64,000 nucleotides of DNA from Cladosporium halotolerans. Lineage: Eukaryota. Location: positions 62,001-126,000 of the forward strand of contig NW_027191452.1 of NCBI RefSeq assembly GCF_011745625.1, written 5' to 3'. A program made the translations under genes and the position numbers. Positions 11,809 to 21,829 of this stretch are shown one piece after another. Positions within the stretch are counted from its first letter, which is position 1. The number at the start of each line of letters is the position of its first letter. Under the pieces are notes generated by a model that had not been told where the DNA came from, ran no database searches, and saw only the letters and a list, made by a program, of their open reading frames with translations.

Positions 11809-13818
11809 ATGGATAGGATTCACGAGAAGATTGCGGCCCTGCCGCCCAACGCAAACTACTTCTCCCTCGAGTTCTTCCCGCCCAAGACCGCCCAAGGTTT
11901 CGCCAACCTTCATGCGCGTCTGGAGCGAATGGCGCATTCGCTGCGTCCGCTCTTCGTCAATGTCACCTGGGGCGCTGGTGGAAGTACCAGCGACAAGTCG
12001 CTTGCTCTGGCAGAATTGACGCAGCGCTCGCTCGGCCTGACCACGTGCCTGCATCTCACATGCACGAACATGTCGCGAAAGCTGGTGGACGAGGCTCTGG
12101 AGAAGGCAAAGAAGCTAGGTATTAGGAATATCCTGGCTCTCAGAGGAGACCCGCCTAGGAGTGAAGAGTACAGGGACGACAGCATACCGGGCGCGGACGA
12201 GGACGATAGCAACAAGGATTTTACATGGGCCGTCGATCTGGTGAAGTACATCAGGAAGCAGTATGGCGACTACTTCTGCGTTGGTGTAGCGGGATACCCT
12301 GAGGGTCACTCGGACCAGTCGCACCCTGAGCACCAATCTGTGGAACACGATCTGCCTTATCTCGTGGAGAAGACGAAAGCGGGAGCCGACTTCATCATGA
12401 CACAGCTTTTCTACGATGTTAATGCTTTTGTTCGGTATGAGAAGACGTTGAGGGAACACGAGAGTGGCGTGTTCAAGACGATCCCTATCATTCCTGGCCT
12501 CATGCCTGTGCAGAGCTACCAAATTCTCCGCCGAACCACGAAACTGAGCCACGCGAACCTGCCTGAGGACATCCTGAGGCGCCTGGACGAGGTCAAGGGA
12601 GATGATGATGCTGTCAAGAGAGTGGGCGTGGATATTTTGAGCGAGATGGTCGAGACTATGAAGACAGCTGCGCCTGGACCCGGACCCAAGGGCTTCCACT
12701 TCTACACACTCAACCTGGAGAAGGCTGTGGCGAAGATCCTGGAGCGCACAAACCTTATCCCTCCCTACAAGCACACGGTCCTTGGGGCGGACAAGATTGC
12801 TGGTGTCGAGCAAGCGATCGCAGAAGAAGAGACTGACGGCTTCTTAGTCGTTGAGAATGGCCCAAGGCGCAGAAGCAGGCGCCAGTCCTCCATCGTGAAC
12901 GGACAGCCCGCCAACCGCGTTGTTGTGTCGCGTGACAGAGCATCGAGTTCGAGTTCCAGCCGCCGTGCCGCTCTTGAGGTTCTCGAAGACGAAGCTGGCG
13001 TGCCTGCCGAGAAGGTCGATTCACGCGTCCACACCCTCGCCATCTCCGGTGGCCAGGGCGAGCTGGGTCGCGAAGCAACATGGGACGATTTCCCCAACGG
13101 CCGATGGGGTGACGCGCGCTCGCCCGCCTTCGGTGAAATCGACGGTTACGGTGTTTCCCTGCACGTTAGCATCCCCGACGCAACGCGCCTCTGGGGATAC
13201 CCCGTCGACGCCGGCGACATCAACGCCATTTTCCGCCGCCACCTCGAGGGCCAGATCGACGCCATCCCCTGGTCAGAAGAAGGCCTCTCGCCCGAAACCC
13301 TCACCATCAAGCCCCAGCTCCTCTCCCTCATCAACAAGGGCTGGTGGACCGTCGCCTCGCAGCCGGCCGTCAACGGCGTGCGCAGCTCCGATCCGATCTT
13401 CGGCTGGGGCCCGCAGAACGGCTTTGTCTTCCAGAAGCCCTTCGTCGAGTTCTTCCTGCCCGCCTCGGACTGGAAGCGGCTCAAGCCGCTCCTTGACGCC
13501 GACGACCAGGTCACGTACTTCGCCGGCAACGGCTCGGGCGCGCTCGAGGCCACGGACGAGGAGAGCGTCAACCCGGTCACGTGGGGCTCGTTCACGGGGA
13601 AGGAGATCGTCACGCCCACTATCATCGAGGCGGTGAGTTTCAAGGCCTGGCGGGAGGAGGCGTTCGGCATCTGGGCTGAATGGCAGCGTGTCTATCCCGT
13701 CGGCACTGCGACGAGCAAGCTGCTCGAGCGCGTGAGGAAGGATTACTGGCTTGTCAGTATCATTCATCATGGATTCTTGGAGGAGGGTGCGCTGTGGGAT
13801 GCGCTGATTGCTGCTTGA
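11809..13818 (+). CDS. MET12: Methylenetetrahydrofolate reductase (Met12-type)
   Basis: FSLEFFPPKT, VTWGAGGST, HLTCTN, LALRGDPP, VAGYPEGH, TQLFYD, HFYTLN, and a C-terminal regulatory domain WDDFPNGRWGDARSPAFG. Confidence 0.93.
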   Translation: MDRIHEKIAALPPNANYFSLEFFPPKTAQGFANLHARLERMAHSLRPLFVNVTWGAGGSTSDKSLALAELTQRSLGLTTCLHLTCTNMSRKLVDEALEKAKKLGIRNILALRGDPPRSEEYRDDSIPGADEDDSNKDFTWAVDLVKYIRKQYGDYFCVGVAGYPEGHSDQSHPEHQSVEHDLPYLVEKTKAGADFIMTQLFYDVNAFVRYEKTLREHESGVFKTIPIIPGLMPVQSYQILRRTTKLSHANLPEDILRRLDEVKGDDDAVKRVGVDILSEMVETMKTAAPGPGPKGFHFYTLNLEKAVAKILERTNLIPPYKHTVLGADKIAGVEQAIAEEETDGFLVVENGPRRRSRRQSSIVNGQPANRVVVSRDRASSSSSSRRAALEVLEDEAGVPAEKVDSRVHTLAISGGQGELGREATWDDFPNGRWGDARSPAFGEIDGYGVSLHVSIPDATRLWGYPVDAGDINAIFRRHLEGQIDAIPWSEEGLSPETLTIKPQLLSLINKGWWTVASQPAVNGVRSSDPIFGWGPQNGFVFQKPFVEFFLPASDWKRLKPLLDADDQVTYFAGNGSGALEATDEESVNPVTWGSFTGKEIVTPTIIEAVSFKAWREEAFGIWAEWQRVYPVGTATSKLLERVRKDYWLVSIIHHGFLEEGALWDALIAA

Positions 13819-14040
13819 GGCTCCAGGCAGGTGGCTTAGGATGATTGGGAATAGCACGAGGCACACGGAGTCAATGGCGTTTTGGTGAGAATGAATGATT
13901 CGATTCAGCCACGGAATGGGTCATGCAGTGCATTTGTCCCCGGCCAGGGGCGGGAAGGGGCGGAGCATGGATTTGCATGCAGCGCGGGCGTTTTTGATAT
14001 CTATCTGACAGATTGAATTGCAATCATCGAGTTCTCTGCA

Positions 14041-15566
14041 TCAACCGTCTTTCTCAGCAAAACCCTTTCCCTCAAGGTCCCCGGCATCCTCGCTCGCGTC
14101 CGGCGCCACTGGCGTTTCAACGCCGCTGCTGTCGTAGGTGTTGAAAGCGGTCGGGTTCTTCTTCGCCTCGCCGGGGCCTTCGGAGCGGAACTGGTATCCT
14201 CTCACCCTGCTTGCTGTTAGTGCTCTCTTCGGTTTCGAACGTAAATGGGTCTAAAATGCTCACCTTGGCCCCTGACCTGTCTTCTCTGGCAGCTCAGGCT
14301 CGTAGCAGCGCGTGAAAGTGTCGATGTCTTTCTCAAACGTGCCCGCCGCTATCGACGATCGGATGGCCGCGAAGAACTGATCGATCACGTGGTGGTTGTG
14401 GATCTGGAGAAGCACCCATCCAAGCATTTCTTTGGCGGCCAGCAGATGCTGTAAGTATGCTCGGTGGTGGTCGGTGCAGGCGTAGCAGGTACATCCTTCT
14501 CGAAGCGGGCTGAGATCGGTCGCGTGGGATGTAGTCCAGAGATCGATGCCTAAAGAAAGAGGGGTTGGAGGGATCTGTTTTGGGCCTGGGAAGGTGAAAT
14601 CGAGTGCGATGCCGGCGTCCGTTACTACACTGACGAACGGCATGGTGATGACGTCTACGCCATTCGCGATTTGACGAAGGACTGCCCTCGGCGTAGCAAC
14701 TTCTGTCAAGTCCAGACGCGGCAGATGTGCTATTTCGTCGGGAAGGTCCTCCAAGGTAACCGAGCTGTAGATTGCCAGTCCCGCCACATCGTTCTGCAAT
14801 TCTTCGGCCAGAGTGTCGATGTAGAACTGCTGCTTCGCGCAAGAGAGTGGTATGAGAGGCGCGAACAACTTCCCTTGCCCTTCAAACCCAGCCTGTCCAG
14901 CGTTCCTCTTCCTGCGAGCAACATGGTCCTGTAGCCATTCAATGCTCCTGTCCGTCGCCTTGACGATCCTCTTGCTTCCCAGGGCCCTCCCATAGGGTAT
15001 ATCACCCAGACCGATAACGATGTCTGCGCCCAGCTTCTCCACAGACTCCGCATATTCCTCAGCCTTCAAGAGTTTGAATCCGACGAGCGTCGATACCGCG
15101 ATTGAGTCATTGGTATTGCTGGTCGCGGGCGGGGCTATGACTGGAGGCGTCCGTCTCGCCCCAAGAACAAGCAGGCTCTTGTCTGGCAGCGCGGTGAATC
15201 GGCGAAGGCGAGATGAGCCATCGGGAGGCTTAAAAAGGTATAAGGGCGGTACTTTGCGTTCTATGACTTCACATGGCTGTGTAAGTAGGATTGTCAGCGC
15301 GTTGGCGCGAGAGGGACGGTGTTGGGGAGGCACATACAGTCTTCTAGAGGAGTGTATACGCCTTGTATGCTAGTCAGACTTGCGTAGTTGTCCTGAGAAA
15401 GGTGGGGCACGACGCCGCGGGAGGTCAGGCCAATGTAGTGAGGTGTTTCGATAGCATTGCGGCCAGGCAGGGTCAAACGGCCGAGACGCGGTGCGAGGGT
15501 GTTGGAGGTGGATTTGACGACGGTGAACATGTCCTCGGATGACTGGCCCGTATTCAGCGTAGCCAT
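14041..15566 (-). CDS. Queuine tRNA-ribosyltransferase accessory subunit (QTRT2-like), 3 exons
   Basis: RLGRL..IETP..TSRGVVPHLSQD start; Zn site CTCYAC..HHRAYLQHLL..EML..LLQIHN; introns near 15280-15337 and 14207-14262. Confidence 0.85.
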
Positions 15567-16055
15567 CGTTCCAAGAGGGTCAGCGCATGATTTGAAATGC
15601 CAAGTGCAAGTGAGGACGGAAATATTCAAGGCCGCCAGCGCAACACGCGACAGTCGCGAGGGGACACCAATTTGGCGATCACTGCCTCAAACCCCACCAA
15701 GCGGCTGGCTGTCCCACCTCCACTACCGGAGTCCTCTTTCAGCTTGACTCAGCCGCTCGTGCGATCGAGGTGGGTATTCTAGAAGCAGCATTTTGTGTGA
15801 TAGACATGTTCACTGACATATTGTGTCGAATCAGCAACAAAGAACGATTGTCGCACGTACAGCTCCGTTGAGACGATGGATGACACGAACGATCAAAAAG
15901 AAGGGAAGGTCTACGAGCTGGACTCCCAGTCAATCGCCACAACGACTCTCTCGTCCCCCTCGAGTGCTCACCCCTTCCGTGTGTCCAGCTACGCACCAGG
16001 CCAGCAACAGCAACAGCACCAAGTCTATCGCAGTCCTCAAGCAGGCCCATACCGC

Positions 16056-16754
16056 ATGTCCACCCAGACTCTCCAAAGCGAAGCCGGACCCGCCACCCTG
16101 TCGAAGCGCGGGAAACTTCTCGTCTTCGAAGGTCTCGATCGCAGCGGCAAATCAACCCAATGTGCGCTCCTCGTCGAACGCCTGCGTGAACGCGGCGACC
16201 GCGTCGAGCACGTGCGCTTTCCCAACCGGTCGACTCCGATCGGCCAGATGATCAACTCGTACCTTGCCGGCGAGAGCGAAGTCGAAGACCACGTTGTGCA
16301 TTTGCTGTTCTCCGCGAACAGGTGGGAGATGGCGCCTCAGATCACACGCTGGATTGCAGAGGGTGTCACCGTAGTCGTCGACCGGTACTACTACTCTGGC
16401 TGCGTCTACTCCGCTGCGAAGCAAATTCCCGGCCTCGGTCTGGAATGGGCACGGCATCCTGATGTCGGGCTACCGCGTCCAGACCTATGCATCTTCCTGG
16501 ACGTGAGCCCGGAGACCGCGAGTCAAAGGGGTGGCTTTGGCGTAGAGAAGTATGAGCAGACCGATTTCCAGGCGAGAGTCAGGGAGCTTTTCGAGGTCAT
16601 GTGGAGGCACCCAGATGAGGAGAACGATGTTGTCGTAGTTAATGCTGATCGGGGTATGGAGGACGTGGAGAGGACTATCCAGAAATGGGCCAGACTGGCT
16701 TCGGAGCGGGTTGATAAGCAGGATCTCGCCCTCGGAACTGTGAGGCCATGGTAG
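16056..16754 (+). CDS. CDC8: Thymidylate kinase
   Basis: RGKLLVFEGLDRSGKSTQ P-loop, FPNRSTPIG, HLLFSANRWE, DRYYYSG; an in-frame ATG also exists at 15876. Confidence 0.95.
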   Translation: MSTQTLQSEAGPATLSKRGKLLVFEGLDRSGKSTQCALLVERLRERGDRVEHVRFPNRSTPIGQMINSYLAGESEVEDHVVHLLFSANRWEMAPQITRWIAEGVTVVVDRYYYSGCVYSAAKQIPGLGLEWARHPDVGLPRPDLCIFLDVSPETASQRGGFGVEKYEQTDFQARVRELFEVMWRHPDEENDVVVVNADRGMEDVERTIQKWARLASERVDKQDLALGTVRPW

Positions 16755-17512
16755 GGATGAGGATAATGTCTATTTGTGTGACTGGCAGGCAGTACTTGAA
16801 TCTCACATCCTGTAAATGCTTTCACAATGTATTTCCGAAGAAAGGTCCGTGACGTCGCCATTGTTACGCCAATCTCATTCACGAAGCGTCAGACTTGTGT
16901 CTTGTTTTCGACTCAATGCACGACACGCGGCATTGACCGAAAATATCAGCATCTAGAAAAACTTAAACTATCCTTGAAATCTTCTAGAGTCGTGATAGCT
17001 CCAAAACATTGTTGTCGTTGGCGCCAGATCACAAGACGGGACACGGGCAGCAACCCCAACCCTAACCCTGACAACCCTGAAGCTTTCATCAGCATCGCGG
17101 ACGTCGGACCCGCAACGCATCGCCCATCTCAGGGGAGCCACAATTGCAATACAGGCTCTTAAGGTTGTACACATCAAGTGAAACGATCCAATTCGGCCTG
17201 AATGAACTTTGTAAGTAAGCCATAATGGTATTTGGACGACACCTCTTAGTTTTGCAAACCAACAGCGGATGCGATAGTGCGGAAACCACTATTAGCACCC
17301 TCGACTCTTAGAAATACGAACGGGTATAGTACAATATGTTACGATCCGCCTCAGTTCCAATATCCTCTTTTAGTTGCTCCAATATACCGTCAAATAGTAA
17401 AAGCCAGGTGGATGAATTCTAGACTCTCTTCACCAGAACCCAAAAGTCTTCATGAAACCGGCAGCAGCAGCGCCAGAATAAGCATTCTGGACGAAACCAA
17501 GGCGTATCAGAT

Positions 17513-19018
17513 TCAACACACCTCAAGATGTCTGTCCGACCTGTCGGGAAGCTCCTGCTTGACCCATTCCGAAATTCTCGAGACAGCCTGCATGACGTCG
17601 TTCAGATGCGACTGGAAGAAGCCCTGCAACTGAGAGGGCGTGAACGTGTCTTCGGGAATCTCCGCCGCGAACCTCGCTGCCAGCATCCTCAGTTGCTCGA
17701 GCGAGATGTGCTCGTCCAGGCTGTCCGATTTCTCGGAGGATTGGCGAGCCCAGCTTAGCAGATCAGGAGCAAACATGCGCATGAACATTTGCTCAGCGGA
17801 GGCTTTGCTGATGTTGCCCAGATAAAGCTTGAAGTCAACGCGGCCAGGGCGTGTGAGTGCGCTGTCGAGTTGGTCAGGCTTGTTGGTTGTCATGATGACC
17901 AGTCTGCCTTCCTGAGACCCGACGCCATCAAGAACGTTGAGTAGCCCGGAAAGAGTTACATTCGAAATACTTGGAGTGGCAGATCTCTCGCTCGCGCTGT
18001 CACAAATCGAACGCTCCAGGCGTTGCTCCCGCCCAGCCCAAACAGCATCGATGTCCTCCAAAAGCACAATACATCTAGGCGGTATTTCTTGGAACATCTG
18101 CTCGAGATCGCCATCATTCGCTATGCTGGGGACTTTGACCTCGTACAGATCAAGCCCAAATTCTCCAGCGAGGGCGGTGGAGAGGGATGATTTGCCAGTG
18201 CCGGGAGGTCCATAGAAGAGGTAGCCTCTACGATAGGGCATACTGCGGCTTTGATAAAGCTTTTTCGTCCTTGGATCGAGATAGTTCCGAATATCAGAGA
18301 GCAGATTGTGCTTAACTTTGTCGTCAAAGTGAACTGTCTCCAGTCGTCGTAAAGGTTTGCGATATTTCGGTTTCCAAGACAATCCAAAGCGGTCCCTGGC
18401 GTATATAATGACATAGAATTGGGCTTTGCTATCAGCGATCTCTCGACACTTGTTGATGAATGCTCTAATCGGAGTCGCCGAGAGTCCCAGACAACTGATC
18501 GTCAATTCCTCACCCCCAACGCCATCGTAGGTCGGATCCTGCATTCCAGCGGTAAAGCTGTCCAACGAGCGGCTGACACCGAAAAGAGTTTTCCCGTACC
18601 AGAACCATTCGGATCGCCAATGAGGAAAGTACTGTACAGCTCGCGGCGTTTTCTTCAAGTGAGACCCTGCTTCAAGATCTCGGCCCACCTCCGTACGGGC
18701 TGTCTGAAATCGCATGTGTCGAGGTTCGACGACATTCTCGAGTATCCAGCTGCTGACGCTTCGGTTCAGAGGATCTCCTGGGGGTATGGTGACGGAGGCA
18801 ATGAAGAAGCGTTTCACCCAAGTTGCAGCCGATTGCCACGCGCTGTGGAAGAAACGAAAAGCAGCCGGCACGATTCCAACAACAGCAAGGATTGAGCCGA
18901 AATGAGTGAAATCCAGTTCATGTAAGCGGGCGGCCAGAGTAGTTTTCAGAAAGCCAAAAGATTGTGCTCGCGAGTCGAGGAGATTGGCCGCTCCGCCGGC
19001 ATGGAACGGCTGCGACAT
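17513..19018 (-). CDS. BCS1-like AAA+ ATPase
   Basis: PYRRGYLFYGPPGTGKSS Walker A, LLEDID Walker B, LSGLLNVLDGV.SQEGR, MTTN..LDSALTRPGRVD; N-terminal TM and BCS1_N-like region. Confidence 0.9.
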   Translation of the reverse strand: MSQPFHAGGAANLLDSRAQSFGFLKTTLAARLHELDFTHFGSILAVVGIVPAAFRFFHSAWQSAATWVKRFFIASVTIPPGDPLNRSVSSWILENVVEPRHMRFQTARTEVGRDLEAGSHLKKTPRAVQYFPHWRSEWFWYGKTLFGVSRSLDSFTAGMQDPTYDGVGGEELTISCLGLSATPIRAFINKCREIADSKAQFYVIIYARDRFGLSWKPKYRKPLRRLETVHFDDKVKHNLLSDIRNYLDPRTKKLYQSRSMPYRRGYLFYGPPGTGKSSLSTALAGEFGLDLYEVKVPSIANDGDLEQMFQEIPPRCIVLLEDIDAVWAGREQRLERSICDSASERSATPSISNVTLSGLLNVLDGVGSQEGRLVIMTTNKPDQLDSALTRPGRVDFKLYLGNISKASAEQMFMRMFAPDLLSWARQSSEKSDSLDEHISLEQLRMLAARFAAEIPEDTFTPSQLQGFFQSHLNDVMQAVSRISEWVKQELPDRSDRHLEVC

Positions 19019-19372
19019 GGCAGCCTAAAAGTAGAAAACAGGAAGCATTACGAATCAAGTCATAAACGAACGAAAAGAATGTATATTACACAAGATAGAA
19101 AGGTGCTTATGGTGGGATGGCCCCTATAGCGGTTGAACAGGCGAGGATGGAGGGCTGCAGCACAAGACTTTGGCCGGATGGTTGCGAGTCGGCAGGGGAA
19201 AATTCGAGGAAGGTCAACCGACTTTCCGCCTTCGGCAAGCCGACGTCGGCGTTTGTGCCCCGCCGTGCCCGCGATGATTGTTAATACATCATCAATTTTC
19301 CAGCAGATAAGGCATCGATGACCCGCGCGCGTTCTTTGCGGATACACGACAATAATCACGCGCATATGCAAA

Positions 19373-20302
19373 ATGTCGTTGAAGGATATCAAGCACATCA
19401 CGCTCGTGTTATCTGGCAAAGGCGGTGTTGGCAAGTCGAGCGTAACATCGCAGCTCGCCCTCACACTCTCGCTACAAGGCCATTCTGTTGGCGTTCTGGA
19501 CATCGACCTGACCGGCCCTTCGATACCGCGGTTCTTCGGGATTGAAAGCGAAAAGGTGAAGCAAGCGCCTGGAGGATGGATACCCGTGCCTGTTCATGAA
19601 GCGAGGAAGGCTTCAGGCGAGGACGCGCAAGGGATCGAGGGCAAAGAGCTTGGGAGCCTGCGTTGCATGTCTTTGGGCTTTCTCCTGGCCAACAGAGGGG
19701 ATGCAGTTGTATGGCGTGGTCCGAAAAAGACGGCGATGGTGCGACAATTCCTCTCGGATGTACACTGGGGTCCCATGGATTACTTGTTGATCGATACACC
19801 GCCTGGCACAAGTGACGAGCACATTTCTTTGGTCGAAACGCTTTTGAAACAGGCTACACCAGAGCAACTTGCAGGCGCTGTCATCGTGACTACTCCACAA
19901 GCCATCAGTATCAGCGATGTACGAAAAGAGATCAACTTCTGCCGTAAGACAAACGTGTCTGTGCTAGGCGTAGTTGAGAATATGGCCGGGTTTGTCTGTC
20001 CGAATTGCTCGGAATGCACAAATGTTTTCTCAAAAGGCGGAGGAGAAGTGATGGCCAAAGAGTTTGATGTACCCTTCATGGGTAGCGTCCCGATCGACCC
20101 AATGTTCATTCGGTTGATCGAAGAAGGCAGGAAGCCTGTGTATCCGCAGGGTACCGTGGTAGAAGGAAAGGACCTCGCTGGCGAAATCAACGAAGGGGCA
20201 GTTCAAGATGACGGGTTATTGGTGGACAAATACACGGCCTGCTCGCTCTGCCCGATCTTCGACGGCATGGTGAAGAAGTTGGTGTCCAAAATTGAGGGAT
20301 GA
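19373..20302 (+). CDS. CFD1: Cytosolic Fe-S cluster assembly factor CFD1
   Basis: [48 protein letters not shown]; lacks the N-terminal ferredoxin motif of Nbp35. Confidence 0.93.
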   Translation: MSLKDIKHITLVLSGKGGVGKSSVTSQLALTLSLQGHSVGVLDIDLTGPSIPRFFGIESEKVKQAPGGWIPVPVHEARKASGEDAQGIEGKELGSLRCMSLGFLLANRGDAVVWRGPKKTAMVRQFLSDVHWGPMDYLLIDTPPGTSDEHISLVETLLKQATPEQLAGAVIVTTPQAISISDVRKEINFCRKTNVSVLGVVENMAGFVCPNCSECTNVFSKGGGEVMAKEFDVPFMGSVPIDPMFIRLIEEGRKPVYPQGTVVEGKDLAGEINEGAVQDDGLLVDKYTACSLCPIFDGMVKKLVSKIEG

Positions 20303-20738
20303 GCCGGAGAAAGAAGCATATTGACAACCCACAACAAATTTACCTGCCCTGATCGCCTGGTGTGAGCCTCGGTCTTGAAGAGCGGATTAATGCAGAGACA
20401 CGGTGCATATCATCGCCATCGGAAGAGAGGAAAAGACCCCCCCAGCGTTGACATACAGCTGCACTACCCAAACACACCGGCTCCTCTGTTCACTCAAGCC
20501 TCTCATTCGATCTCCCAGCTTCCACACCATCCCTTCATACCAACCTCGGCTCAGAAACCTGACCTCATCGCTGCCATACCGGCCCACTTTCGGCCCATGC
20601 TCGGCCTGTCGCCGCTCGACCCACTTTGGCTCAAAAAAATCAGCAAAAATCGGACAAGATGGCCTAATGAGCCCCCACTTCTCTGACACAGCTCCTTAAC
20701 CCTGCCGTCGCCCCTTCATCTCATCAATCAAAGCCCTT

Positions 20739-20866
20739 GCCGGGGTAGCTCAATCGGTAGAGCGTGTGGCTCTTATGGGATGATTCACTTACAGGGCCTC
20801 TGGCTCTCACGTGATGTCTACAAGAGATCAACCTCAAGGTCGTGGGTTCGAGCCCCACCTTCGGCT
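20739..20866 (+). tRNA. tRNA-Lys(CTT) with a 55-nt intron (20776-20830)
   Basis: Acceptor GCCGGGG/CTTCGGC; D arm GCTC-AATCGGTA-GAGC; anticodon CTT at 20772-20774; T arm GTGGG-TTCGAGC-CCCAC; the intron contains AAGAG, complementary to the anticodon loop. Confidence 0.92.
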
Positions 20867-21829
20867 ATTCCTATATCAAAGCTCAGAGAGACCTTCCTTT
20901 TTGCATTTTGGCACGAGAACGGGTACTTGGTTCCGGCCCTAAGTCTCGACGTCGCACCGCAGGACTCGCAGCCCACGAGGTCGGGTAAGTTTGATTGGAA
21001 TGTAAATGGGGTGGTGCGACCTCCTGCGCTCATCACGCTCGGTCCGAGACTCGGAACGTGCTGGAAGCCGGACGCGATGCCGACATCAGAGTTATTACGA
21101 CCATTCTTCCTATCTGGAATCTTTGCACTGCCCTAGTTGGGATTAATTGTGCAAGGGAGGAAATGTCTGGAGCCTCCATCATTGGCTGACCTTACTTTCT
21201 CGGCCCTCTACGTCTCTCTGGTTCAAAGCTTGTTCATGAATCGAGTGTTGTGTCTTCTCCGTCCATCCTGCATGGCCGCTACGTACCTCACTGCACACTC
21301 ATTCCTCTCATGCCAATTTCGGAAATCTCATCTGATACCTCACTTTGACATCAGCACGAATCGCGATGCATTCCTTGGCCCGAAGCTCCAGCAAGTCATG
21401 CGCTGCTTCGATGAACGAGACTCAGAGCGTGGAGCTGGACTAAGGTAACTGCCACGATCCACGATTGATTGCGGCAAAAAGAGCGAATGTTGGGTTCTTC
21501 AGTCCTCTGGTTCATCGATAAATCATCACATCAATCAGTCGTGATCCGGACCTACGGCTGAAAAAGATTCCGCAATAATGCCCTATGAGAGCTTGATGAC
21601 GTTGCTCATTTCAGTGCACACCATCCACAGAAGTTTGTTGTGATCGGCCCACTTCCGTATGGTTTCTTCATCTCATGCCCGCGTGTTTGTTGTGAACACA
21701 GTCCATGCCACAGTGAACTTTCTGTCGATGCACATAACATTCACGCGTTCATAATGCCAGCATGTTGCGAGGGGGAACGCGTCTCGAGCATTACCTCCGT
21801 CTGCCACCGTTTCCCTGGTCACCGTTGCC

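Noticed and set aside
14041..20866. Functional link between the QTRT2-like gene and the nearby tRNA
   Set aside because: Queuine goes into GUN-anticodon tRNAs (Asn, Asp, His, Tyr), not Lys(CTT).
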